44,051 nt of DNA from an uncultured archaeon (GTDB lineage Archaea > Asgardarchaeota > Thorarchaeia > Thorarchaeales > Thorarchaeaceae): positions 1-44,051 of the forward strand of contig CAZLEV010000021.1 of the NCBI GenBank assembly GCA_964558645.1. Reading direction: 5' to 3'. Under the pieces are notes generated by a model that saw nothing but the letters and a program-made list of their open reading frames with translations, made no database searches and had not been told where the DNA came from. Every line of letters begins with the position of its first letter. The stretch's first letter is position 1. A program made the position numbers and the translations under genes. Positions 1 through 8,668 of the stretch are shown here, piece after piece.

Positions 1-34
1 GAGATTCTGTGTTACTGTGTACGAGGTGCCTCCT

Positions 35-250
35 GTGGCCAAGAACATCATGATAAGTGACGAGATCTACAAACATCTGAAGTCTCTGAAGCGAGATGGT
101 GAGTCATTCAGCGACCTGATTCACCGATTGCTTAACTACGAGAAGGCAAGTCTGCTGGACTTGGCGGGCGAATGGCCCTTCTCAGAGGACGTCACATCGA
201 GGACAGAACGCGAGATTGAGGAAACATGGCAGACTGGGTGGCATCAGTGA
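35..250 (+). CDS. vapB: VapB-type antitoxin (DUF217 family)
   Basis: MAKNIMISDEIYKHLKSLKRDGESFSDLIHRLL matches the archaeal DUF217 antitoxin pattern. GTG at 35 follows GAGGTG (23-28). Stop overlaps the toxin start (GTGA). Confidence 0.85.
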   Translation: MAKNIMISDEIYKHLKSLKRDGESFSDLIHRLLNYEKASLLDLAGEWPFSEDVTSRTEREIEETWQTGWHQ

Positions 251-663
251 CTCTACTGACATTGGACACCTCATTCGTGATCGATTTTCTCTCAGGGATG
301 CCGGCCGCCGTTGAGAAACTCAGACGGATTGAAACTGATGGAGATACGCTGGCCGTCGCCAGTGTTGTCGTCTACGAACTGCTTGTACTGTCCTCGGGCG
401 ACAGAGAACCACAGAAGGTTCAGAAGGCGATCACTACCGTCGAAGCCGTCTTGTCCAGAATTGGACTCATATGGTCACTTGACTCCGCTGCAGCTCGCCT
501 GGCAGCCGAGATTCAGAGAACACAGATGTCACGTGGACGCCCGGTCAGTGTGCGTGACCTGTTTATCGCAGCCACATCATTGGCCAACGGATGCAACACA
601 GTCATCACTCGGAACGTTCGCGACTTCGAGGTCATAGATGGACTGAGAGTCGAAACATATTGA
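247..663 (+). CDS. vapC: VapC PIN-domain ribonuclease toxin
   Basis: PIN acidic motifs LDTSFVID, VVYEL, DLFIAAT, TRNVRDF. GTG at 247 overlaps the antitoxin stop. Confidence 0.9.
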   Translation: MTLLTLDTSFVIDFLSGMPAAVEKLRRIETDGDTLAVASVVVYELLVLSSGDREPQKVQKAITTVEAVLSRIGLIWSLDSAAARLAAEIQRTQMSRGRPVSVRDLFIAATSLANGCNTVITRNVRDFEVIDGLRVETY

Positions 664-989
664 ACCCTCTCGTCTATGGTCGCGCATGTTGATACAGAGA
701 GGTCACGAAAATCTCGGATTGCCTGTGCAAAAGACTTGTTTCGCAATCCGCTTGATTATTGCACACACCTGATGTCATATAGATCTGGGAGGAAGTTGGA
801 CGCTGCAGCTTGGATTCCAATATGCAGCCGAGGCCCTCTTGACCTTATACCTGTCTAGGTCCGCAGGTGTTGGTGTGAGCTACATTTTCACTCGGTATTC
901 CGAAACGCCACATTCAGAGCAGAAAGAAACAGAATGGCGGTCTATGACTTATTATGCTCATCTCATATCCTTATGGAGGCTAGAGAATC

Positions 990-1418
990 ATGTTTACGAC
1001 GGTCTTGTTCCTGTTCGCGGGTATGATTACCACGTTCGCTGGCAGTCAGGTCATTGATCAAGCGAGCGAGTATCTCGAGGTCTTTCTTTTGAAGACCACA
1101 CCCAGAGTTCGTGGCCATAACGAGGGTATCGGACGTATGATGTACTCATTCTATCGCACCAACAGGGCGGCATGGCACCTTGCAGGAATCGGCCTGGTCG
1201 CGGTTGGATGGATTATGGTTCTCATAGGGTACCATTTTGGGTTGGTTGTGGTTGTCCAAGTAGACCCGAGCCTGATCAACTGGTACTGGCCGGCTCTCAT
1301 GTTTGCAATAGCCCTAGGGATTCTTGTGGTCATCTCGAATGTCAGGGAAGTCAAGAAGATATCTCGGCTCAACGAATCCCTGTCCAAAGGCGAAACCGAA
1401 GAAACTGGTTCTAACTGA
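990..1418 (+). CDS. Hypothetical membrane protein (~3 TM)
   Basis: 142-aa ORF with hydrophobic helices and GGAGG upstream; no family recognised. Confidence 0.7.
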   Translation: MFTTVLFLFAGMITTFAGSQVIDQASEYLEVFLLKTTPRVRGHNEGIGRMMYSFYRTNRAAWHLAGIGLVAVGWIMVLIGYHFGLVVVVQVDPSLINWYWPALMFAIALGILVVISNVREVKKISRLNESLSKGETEETGSN

Positions 1419-1422
1419 TGAT

Positions 1423-3963
1423 TTAGTAATTGGTAAGCTGCAGAAGCTGTGCAGGCAGCTCCTCAATGGACTCAATTGGTATGTAGGCACCATGACAGGC
1501 CTTTGCCAGGCTCTCCGACGCTTGAAGACTGTACGAGCCTTTCGGCACAAGAATGATCACTCTGATGTCCTGTTGTTTCATCTGAGCAGCAAGCTTCTCG
1601 CATGATGCCTGATCAGATAGGTACATGTCAGTGTTGAATATGAACACCTTCTCTTTTGCTCGACTCCTATCTAGGTTATCAAGGGCCAATCGCATCGATT
1701 GCATTCCTCCCGTACCCCCGTAGGCTCGGACATCAAGTAAGTCAGAGGCCACCTTGTCCACTGATACGGTCCTGTCAGTTATCTCCTTAACAATATGTGT
1801 TTCCGAGTCAAAGAGCACAACCCCAAAATCATCTTGCTGCACACCATAGAGCCCAGCCATTACCGAAATGGCCAGCATACCGAGCTTGTTCGGGTCATCC
1901 ATACTGCCGGACTTGTCCAATGCCCAGAAGAAAGCTCGTTGTCCTTGATATGTTTCCGTTATCAAGAAGTCCTCGGGATCGACTGCATTGAAGGTGGTTC
2001 TCCCTGCTGACAGCAGAGAGTCAACAGTTTCTTCTAAGTCGATCAAATCGATATCATCACCGATTCTAAACGGACGAACTGTTGTTGACTGCTGGATTCC
2101 ACCCAGCATAGATGAGCCCATGGTCTGTCTTGCGAAGCGCATACCGAGGTCGATGAGAAGCTTCTTGGCAATCAGCTTGAGGCGCTGCATCAGCTCTGGT
2201 GGTAGCGCATCTCGATAGCTATACCAGATCTTCACGATGTTTGTTGCAGGGCCTCCCATAAGGCCGCCAAACACCATTTCTGTTCTCTCTTTGCCTTGAC
2301 CCGCCCCCATCGGACTAGGGCGGCCATAGCCGTAACCTCTTCCTGGCTGCACGCCCCCACCAAGTGCCGCACCAAAATCGACATGAGCTATTGCGCCCAT
2401 CGCAGACTGGTTTCCGACCTCCTGTGCTGTATCTGCAAGCTCACGTAGCTGGCTCTGACTCAGGCCTGCAGACGAGATGAGACTGTGGAGCCGGTCGAAG
2501 TCCGATACCCCTGATTTGATCAGTGACTTAATGACCTGAAAACTGGGATTGATCAGCTCAAGAATCTCATTCTCAGTCATGCTCAGTCTTTTTCCTGCCT
2601 CTTCTATGGACTTCCTTGAGGGAACAGATCCCATTCGTGAAGCTTGTCTCACTGTCTTTCGCAGATGACTCTTTGTCTGGGTTAGATCCACCGCCTCGTC
2701 GGTCACTCGTTGCATTGCATCCTCCCAGTGTTCGGCCTGATTGGTCTTTCCCATCTTGTTGTGAAGATTACTCATTTGCGTCAGTGTATTCATAAGGAAG
2801 TCTGTCGGGGTGGACCGTGATTTGGCCTTCTGTTTCATCTCGTCTGTTACTTTGTCAACGAGATCTCTCCAGTCCTGATTGTCCATAGAGTGCTGAGCCA
2901 ACTGAGAAAGGTCTACCTTGTTACTGGCACCAGCATCGTAGCTCTCGTTGAACGCCTTCATGACATCTGCGGAATGGTCCTTCTTAGTGTGTTTCTTGAT
3001 ACTCTCAGCCAGATCCATCGCCTGATCAAGAGTGTAATCGTCAGGTGACCTTTCAATAACATCATCGATGTTTTTCGTTTCACGATGCAATTCTGATGAA
3101 TATGAAGCCGCCTGGCTCAGATTCTCAATGCTCTCCTGTAGTTCACTATCCATAGAAACTAGGCTGTCTTCATCGGGTACGCCCATTGCTTCCATCATTC
3201 TCAGCGCCTTTGCGGCAGTTGCGGGATCCCTGCGGACCAGGTCCGAAAAGGCCTGCCTCACATCTTCATCTCCCCGTAACGCCTTCGCTGCCACTCTCTC
3301 TGCTTGACTTGGGGATTGGGCAACCGCGTTCAGGCTTTCCAATGTCTGACTGTTCGTGATATCCTGGATTGTCAGGTTACCCATGCGGTCCAGAAGCTCC
3401 GAAGATGCAGTTGACTTGAGGTCTTCGTCACTCGAGATGCCACGCAAGACAATATCTCCGTCCGACAGGTATTCCCGTGATGCGTCATACAGCTCAGATG
3501 GACCACGTTGCTTGAGGTCCTGAAGATACTCATACCCCGCCTGTACTCTTTCCTTCTTGATGACCTCTCGCAGCCTCTGTTCTCGCTTGATCTGGGCTAT
3601 AAGTTCAGCCATCTTGTCTTCTCGAGCAGTGTCCTGTACCGCAACAACATCTGGCTGTTCTGGACGTTCATACTCCTGTTTGCGTCCGAGAACAATGTCC
3701 TCCGCAATAATCCTTGCAATCTCCTGATCAAGAGGATAGGTTGTGAATACAGCAGCATCGATAAAATCATCAAGGGTAAACTTCCCGTTTCTGAAGAATC
3801 TGGCCGAGAGGAGCTGTGGGATGGCTTGAGTCTGCCTCATGCTGGGCTTCTTCCGAACCTCTTCGTGGTGTCGCATCCTGTTAGCAAATTCATATGCGAA
3901 GTCCAGTACGCTGCTGGGAAGAGGTTCGATGGAGGGTTTGCCGGCCAATCGATACTCCCTCAC
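1423..3963 (-). CDS. VWA-domain protein (MoxR partner) with N-terminal AAA-lid-like segment and long helical middle
   Basis: C-terminal vWA with intact MIDAS (LDKSGS, GGTG, FNTD) preceded by the IDLEETV motif of CoxE/ChlD-like VWA proteins. Start overlaps the ATPase stop. Confidence 0.85.
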   Translation of the reverse strand: MREYRLAGKPSIEPLPSSVLDFAYEFANRMRHHEEVRKKPSMRQTQAIPQLLSARFFRNGKFTLDDFIDAAVFTTYPLDQEIARIIAEDIVLGRKQEYERPEQPDVVAVQDTAREDKMAELIAQIKREQRLREVIKKERVQAGYEYLQDLKQRGPSELYDASREYLSDGDIVLRGISSDEDLKSTASSELLDRMGNLTIQDITNSQTLESLNAVAQSPSQAERVAAKALRGDEDVRQAFSDLVRRDPATAAKALRMMEAMGVPDEDSLVSMDSELQESIENLSQAASYSSELHRETKNIDDVIERSPDDYTLDQAMDLAESIKKHTKKDHSADVMKAFNESYDAGASNKVDLSQLAQHSMDNQDWRDLVDKVTDEMKQKAKSRSTPTDFLMNTLTQMSNLHNKMGKTNQAEHWEDAMQRVTDEAVDLTQTKSHLRKTVRQASRMGSVPSRKSIEEAGKRLSMTENEILELINPSFQVIKSLIKSGVSDFDRLHSLISSAGLSQSQLRELADTAQEVGNQSAMGAIAHVDFGAALGGGVQPGRGYGYGRPSPMGAGQGKERTEMVFGGLMGGPATNIVKIWYSYRDALPPELMQRLKLIAKKLLIDLGMRFARQTMGSSMLGGIQQSTTVRPFRIGDDIDLIDLEETVDSLLSAGRTTFNAVDPEDFLITETYQGQRAFFWALDKSGSMDDPNKLGMLAISVMAGLYGVQQDDFGVVLFDSETHIVKEITDRTVSVDKVASDLLDVRAYGGTGGMQSMRLALDNLDRSRAKEKVFIFNTDMYLSDQASCEKLAAQMKQQDIRVIILVPKGSYSLQASESLAKACHGAYIPIESIEELPAQLLQLTNY

Positions 3964-4862
3964 TCGCTTAGGCTTCTGCGGACCAGTGAGTTCACGGCTG
4001 GTTCTGGGTCGATGCCCGGCCTAAAGCGAAGTGCCCCTGTGAGAACATAAGTTGCAGCCTTTGAGAGTATAGAGTAGTCCACATCCTTCTTCTCTCGCTT
4101 CGCCATCTGTGACGAAAGCCTTGCAATCGAGATTCCCGCCCTAATGGAAGCTGGCACCTCAATGTCAGTGCTGTTCCTTGTCGCACTCACAAGATCATAG
4201 GTGTTCGCGAGCAAGTAGTCGCTGAGTTTGTATTCAGGACAGTTCATCTTCACAATCTCAAGCTCGGTCTCCTTTCTGGGATATCCAATGCGAATCCATA
4301 CACGTATCCTGTCTCTCAGCGCCTCGCTCAGCCTGTGCGCGCCGGCCATTTCCTCGGGGTTCATAGTTAGCACAGGGAAGAAATCCTCGTGGGCTGTGAT
4401 TCGCCCCAGACGTTGGACATTGACCGACCGTTCTTCAAAGGGCTCCAACAGGCTGTTCTGCACGTATTCCGGCAAGCGATTGCCTTCGTTCAGTCCGAAG
4501 ACAGAACCAAACACCATTGTCTTGAGAAGGGGTCCCGGGTCGAAGCTCTCAAGAGAGAATCCCTTGTTCAAGACGAGTGCCGGATTGAACGAACCAATAA
4601 GGTGTGAGGGGCGCACCCCTTCGTCGCCAGTTATCCAGCTGAAGTCTCTACCGCTTCTCTCGGCGTAGGCACGCAGAAGCAGAGTCTTTCCGGTTCCGGG
4701 CGGACCAATGATTGCAGGGATAAGCTTGGCGTTCTCACAGTCCTCCAAGATGTCATACGCTTCCTTGTATTGCTCCTTGATGACGATCTTGACTTTTTGC
4801 TTCTTGGTCTCAGATAGGCGTTCGTCAAAAGCATTTGCAAACTCAACTAGTGTTTCCTTCAT
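3960..4862 (-). CDS. MoxR-family AAA+ ATPase
   Basis: Walker A GPPGTGKT, variant Walker B FGLNEGNR, TMNP sensor, LSEALRDR arginine finger, ASIRA lid motif. Confidence 0.9.
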   Translation of the reverse strand: MKETLVEFANAFDERLSETKKQKVKIVIKEQYKEAYDILEDCENAKLIPAIIGPPGTGKTLLLRAYAERSGRDFSWITGDEGVRPSHLIGSFNPALVLNKGFSLESFDPGPLLKTMVFGSVFGLNEGNRLPEYVQNSLLEPFEERSVNVQRLGRITAHEDFFPVLTMNPEEMAGAHRLSEALRDRIRVWIRIGYPRKETELEIVKMNCPEYKLSDYLLANTYDLVSATRNSTDIEVPASIRAGISIARLSSQMAKREKKDVDYSILSKAATYVLTGALRFRPGIDPEPAVNSLVRRSLSE

Positions 4863-4905
4863 AACAGCTACCCCACCGTGTTCAGAATCCTATCCCTGCC
4901 AGACG

Positions 4906-4913
4906 TATATAAA
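4906..4913 (-). promoter_or_regulatory. TATA box of the MoxR-VWA operon
   Basis: TTTATATA on the minus strand ~45 nt upstream of the ATG, with a GGTGGGG RBS at 4871-4877. Confidence 0.55.
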
Positions 4914-5027
4914 GAGTCATGGTGTCGTTTTCGAGCTCATATCTGATCGATTCTTTAGGGGATGTTGGGATTTCAGAGTCGAGGAGAAGAGTGGAGAATA
5001 CCTTCTACTCGCGCGATTCCTGTCGGA

Positions 5028-6014
5028 CTACGCGGATAGCTGACGCGAATACTTGAAGATTGCCGGTTGTCCTCCTGTGTGCCAGAAGAGCGTCGGACGT
5101 TCAAGGTCGATCTCACCCGCCAATGCATGTCTGACCAGTGCCAGCCCAGCCTTTCCCGTATATACTGGATCCAGCATGATCCCTTCAAGCTTCGAAAACA
5201 TCTGGATGGTGGATTTGGTTGCGCTATCGAGGACTCCATACCCTTCACCGAGGAAGCCGTCATCGATTCTAGCTTTTGGCCTTCCAGTGGCGGGGATATC
5301 GGGAAACTCGTCGCGTACTCGGGTTACCAACTCGTTCACTCGCTCCATGTGCGGCCCCTCGGTGTCAACAGCACTGACAGCAATGAGCTCTACATCCAGT
5401 CCCGCTGCTTCCGCTCCAACAATCATTCCAGCAAGGGTTCCACCGGTTCCCGAAGCGAACATGATTTGCTCAGGATGAAAGTCCCACGTCTCTATTTGCT
5501 CCTTCAGTTCCTCCATGGCCAATACGTAGCCTAATACTCCAAGAGGTGTACTAGCCCCGGCAGGAATTGCATATGGTACTAGTCCTAGCTCAGAAAGTGT
5601 GTTGGTTACATCTCCAAGACGCTTGTTCAGGTCAAAGAGGTCATCATCGGGATAGAACTTGAGTTCTGCTCCCATGTAGCTGGAAAGGAGGAGATTGCCC
5701 TCTTGGGTTTCGGGCTCTTCTCCACCCAACAGAAGGATACACCGTAGTCCCAGTCTGGCAGCTGCCTCAGCTGTCTGCCTACACGAGTTGCTCTGTGTCG
5801 CTCCCACTGTGACAACGGTGTCACATCCGTTTTCAATCGCATCTGCCAAGACGAATTCCAGTTTCCTTGTCTTGTTACCCCCAAAGCCGGGTCCTGTGAG
5901 GTCGTCTCGCTTGATCCACAGTGAATCAAAACCCAGCGAGTTGCCAAGGTTGTCCATTCTGTGGAGAGGCGTAGGAAGGAAAGCCAGCCTCTCACGAGGT
6001 AAGTCTTCTAGCAT
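5028..6014 (-). CDS. dcyD: D-cysteine desulfhydrase family PLP enzyme
   Basis: KRDDLTG..GGNKTRKLEF (PLP lysine), ASGTGGT, LDPVYTGK, HTGG. Thr at the positions where ACC deaminases have Glu/Leu. Confidence 0.85.
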   Translation of the reverse strand: MLEDLPRERLAFLPTPLHRMDNLGNSLGFDSLWIKRDDLTGPGFGGNKTRKLEFVLADAIENGCDTVVTVGATQSNSCRQTAEAAARLGLRCILLLGGEEPETQEGNLLLSSYMGAELKFYPDDDLFDLNKRLGDVTNTLSELGLVPYAIPAGASTPLGVLGYVLAMEELKEQIETWDFHPEQIMFASGTGGTLAGMIVGAEAAGLDVELIAVSAVDTEGPHMERVNELVTRVRDEFPDIPATGRPKARIDDGFLGEGYGVLDSATKSTIQMFSKLEGIMLDPVYTGKAGLALVRHALAGEIDLERPTLFWHTGGQPAIFKYSRQLSA

Positions 6015-6077
6015 GTCCTAAACACTATCACAGAAACTCATTAATCTAACAGTAGGAGAGCCAACTCCCGTTCGTTC

Positions 6078-6245
6078 TCACCAGTTAAGCAACACTGCAA
6101 GCAACGCAAGAAGGATTATGAGTGCGATAGCAGCTCCAACGAGTTGACACCAGCACTCGCAGCATTTGTTGCAGCAGCCCTCGCCTTTCTCTGTTTCTTG
6201 TTTAGTTGGCCCCGAATACTCATCTGGCAGTGGAACTTCAACCAT
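6078..6245 (-). CDS. Unannotated 55-aa Cys-rich tail-anchored membrane peptide
   Basis: Hand translation: MVEVPLPDEYSGPTKQETEKGEGCCNKCCECWCQLVGAAIALIILLALLAVLLNW*. Purine-rich GAGTGGATGA lies just upstream. It fills an otherwise empty gap and is shorter than any ORF in the supplied track. Confidence 0.75.
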   Translation of the reverse strand: MVEVPLPDEYSGPTKQETEKGEGCCNKCCECWCQLVGAAIALIILLALLAVLLNW

Positions 6246-6398
6246 TTCATCCACTCAACTTAGTTTAGTGCAGTTCTTCTGGTCTGCAACAAACGCTCAC
6301 AAGCTCAACAGTCTTATGAGCATATCGGGCATATCTCTCCTCTCTTTGTCCAAAAAGAAGAAAAGCCTTCGTTCAGTCTACTAGATAATCGCCAGAGA

Positions 6399-7832
6399 TT
6401 GGACAGGTTAGGATTGAGGATTTTGAACGAAGAGAATGTCACCACCATCTTCGACCGCCCGCGTGCACTTCGTTTTATCGGATTGACACAGATGCTCTTC
6501 GGGCTTGTCGGGTTCCTTGGAAGCATTGGGCTCATCTATGCATGGTATGTTGGCGTACCTGACCTCGTGGGGGTAGGACCCCTTTATGCCTTGGCCATGC
6601 TCTTTGGAGTTGCTATGCCTTGTCTTGTTATAGGCAACTATGTTGACGATCTTCGTAGGAAAGCCGTCATTGCCCAGATAGTCTATAGCCTGCTTGCCGT
6701 TCTGCTCTGCATCTACTTCTTGATGTGGAGAGGGCTAGACTATCAATGGAGTGTTCCCTTCTTTGACATGACTTACGAGGTGTACGTCGGGAATTTGGCC
6801 GCAGCAATCCTCATTATAGAGCTGGCATTTGTTCTTTATCTTATCCTCAACTGGGAACAAGTTGTACCACCGGAAGGGGCAATGGTAGTACGCGATAGAG
6901 GGCGAGCACGTGAGCACAAGAAACGTCTGATGCCCACTCCCATAAGCCCTGGCCTGATATCTCGGGATGGGCTCACTGAGGTAACTCCTGAAGAGAGCGA
7001 GAGGATTCTTGAGATTCGACGAATGACTACTGAGGAGGGAATGGCAATCCTATGCTCGAACTGTGGGGGAGCAACACCATTGACTGAGGCCAGGAAGGAT
7101 AACACCGTGGAATGTGCATATTGTGGTGTGAGACTCGGTCTAAGCAGTGTGTTCGTTCCGTGTGATAATCATCCGAACTACCTTGCTGCAACAAAATGCT
7201 CTGTCTGCGGTGATTACTACTGTCGCAAATGTCTGACAGCACAAGAACCACCTGTGGACGAGCGATGGGAAGGATCGACAATATTCCTCTGCAGGAAATG
7301 CTTTGAGGGAAGATATCGCCCAGCCGTGACAACAACATCCCTGGTCATTCCGATTGATTCACTCTTTCAAAAGGCTGGTGGACGTTTTTCTCGGCTTGGA
7401 AGGATCTACAGGCGCTTTCTAGGTATGTATGGACGATCCATGCGATGGGTGGTTCATCTTGCTGCACGGATGGCTGCGGCGATTCCCAAATCCAGCAGTG
7501 GTGGACGTGGTGGCGATGATGCAGCAGCAGCACTGCTTGTGTTTATTCTCATTGTTATCGCCATTCCTGTGGCAATTGGGGCTGTTCTCCTCGTTGCCGG
7601 CATCGTGATAATCCCGATACTCTTCTATGCAGGGCTCGTGGGTGTCACAATTGAGGCTGTACGAATCATAAGACGTACTGACTTCGTGTCGGTAGAAGAA
7701 GGGAGAGAATTTGGCATAAGAAGGCACGAGAAGCCTGAGCAGAAGGAATCACCAATGAGAGGCGTTACAAGAGAATGGCAGCAATCCAGCGCTGAAACAG
7801 TACCATCTGAAACTAGGCATAGGAGGGGCTAG
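6399..7832 (+). CDS. Membrane protein: 4 TM + Zn ribbon + B-box-like zinc finger + long hydrophobic hairpin
   Basis: CSNCGG..CAYCG ribbon; CDNHP..CSVCGDYYCRKC..CRKC; C-terminal ~45-aa hydrophobic stretch. Start codon uncertain (TTG). Confidence 0.8.
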   Translation: MDRLGLRILNEENVTTIFDRPRALRFIGLTQMLFGLVGFLGSIGLIYAWYVGVPDLVGVGPLYALAMLFGVAMPCLVIGNYVDDLRRKAVIAQIVYSLLAVLLCIYFLMWRGLDYQWSVPFFDMTYEVYVGNLAAAILIIELAFVLYLILNWEQVVPPEGAMVVRDRGRAREHKKRLMPTPISPGLISRDGLTEVTPEESERILEIRRMTTEEGMAILCSNCGGATPLTEARKDNTVECAYCGVRLGLSSVFVPCDNHPNYLAATKCSVCGDYYCRKCLTAQEPPVDERWEGSTIFLCRKCFEGRYRPAVTTTSLVIPIDSLFQKAGGRFSRLGRIYRRFLGMYGRSMRWVVHLAARMAAAIPKSSSGGRGGDDAAAALLVFILIVIAIPVAIGAVLLVAGIVIIPILFYAGLVGVTIEAVRIIRRTDFVSVEEGREFGIRRHEKPEQKESPMRGVTREWQQSSAETVPSETRHRRG

Positions 7833-7833
7833 A

Positions 7834-8661
7834 ATGGAAACAATGCGAGAAACAATCCTGTGTCCTGTTTGCGGCGGCAGAATCGCTTTTGTCTACCGAG
7901 ATGAAGTCAATCGATGTGAGTATTGTGGGAGTCCTGTCCTCGGCGCGGATCAAGACAGGAACTGTGAAAACCATTCCGAGCGGTTGGCAAAGGGAGTATG
8001 CCATGTCTGCGACAAACTCATTTGCGAAGAATGCATGGAGCGGCGAGTGGGCGACTATGGAGGCAAGCTTCTGACTATCGTGAATTGTACTAGCCCCGAC
8101 TGTGTCCGGCAGAGTGAGTGGGCACGACCCCACAACGAAGAGCTTGAGCGGCTGATAGATTTCGAATGGGCAGACAGAATTGACAATGTCATCTTCAGAA
8201 TGACTGGTCTTGGAGCTGTACTGATGATGGTCTTTGAGCTAGTCTTTGTGCTGGCACTGCTCTACATTCAGTATCTGACGCCTTTCGGCTGGAGTGACCT
8301 GAACATGCCATACATCATCTTACGGGGAGACATTGTGATAGTCCTGAGTATATTCGGCAATCTCCTCTCTGCGATGATATTACAGACGGCCCTCCAAGTC
8401 TATGCACATGAGAGACAGCTCACCTCTGGGATTGTGCTTCTCTTTCTGATAGTCGTCCAGGCCGCGTTTCTCTTGTTTCGAGGGCTCTATTTCGGTCTAA
8501 GATCACATCCGAACCCACTGCTCGTACCCATGCTTCTTGCTGGCTTTCTGTTTGCGACAATTCTTGTATTCGTTGGCTCTCTGATGGCTATCCGTGTTGG
8601 TCTTAAGAAGAGATCTCAAGTCAAAGACGCATATACCAGACTTGGCCTCAGGGAACGATGA
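7834..8661 (+). CDS. Membrane protein: Zn ribbon + B-box-like zinc finger + 4 TM
   Basis: CPVCGG..CEYCG; CENHSER..CHVCDKLICEEC..CTSPDC; four hydrophobic helices. Starts 1 nt after the upstream stop. Confidence 0.8.
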   Translation: METMRETILCPVCGGRIAFVYRDEVNRCEYCGSPVLGADQDRNCENHSERLAKGVCHVCDKLICEECMERRVGDYGGKLLTIVNCTSPDCVRQSEWARPHNEELERLIDFEWADRIDNVIFRMTGLGAVLMMVFELVFVLALLYIQYLTPFGWSDLNMPYIILRGDIVIVLSIFGNLLSAMILQTALQVYAHERQLTSGIVLLFLIVVQAAFLLFRGLYFGLRSHPNPLLVPMLLAGFLFATILVFVGSLMAIRVGLKKRSQVKDAYTRLGLRER

Positions 8662-8668
8662 TTCTCTC

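Noticed and set aside
664-989. Small ORFs and a GCTGCA/TGCAGC hairpin after vapC as a mobile-element end
   Set aside because: Single short hairpin; no transposase, terminal repeats or target duplication seen.
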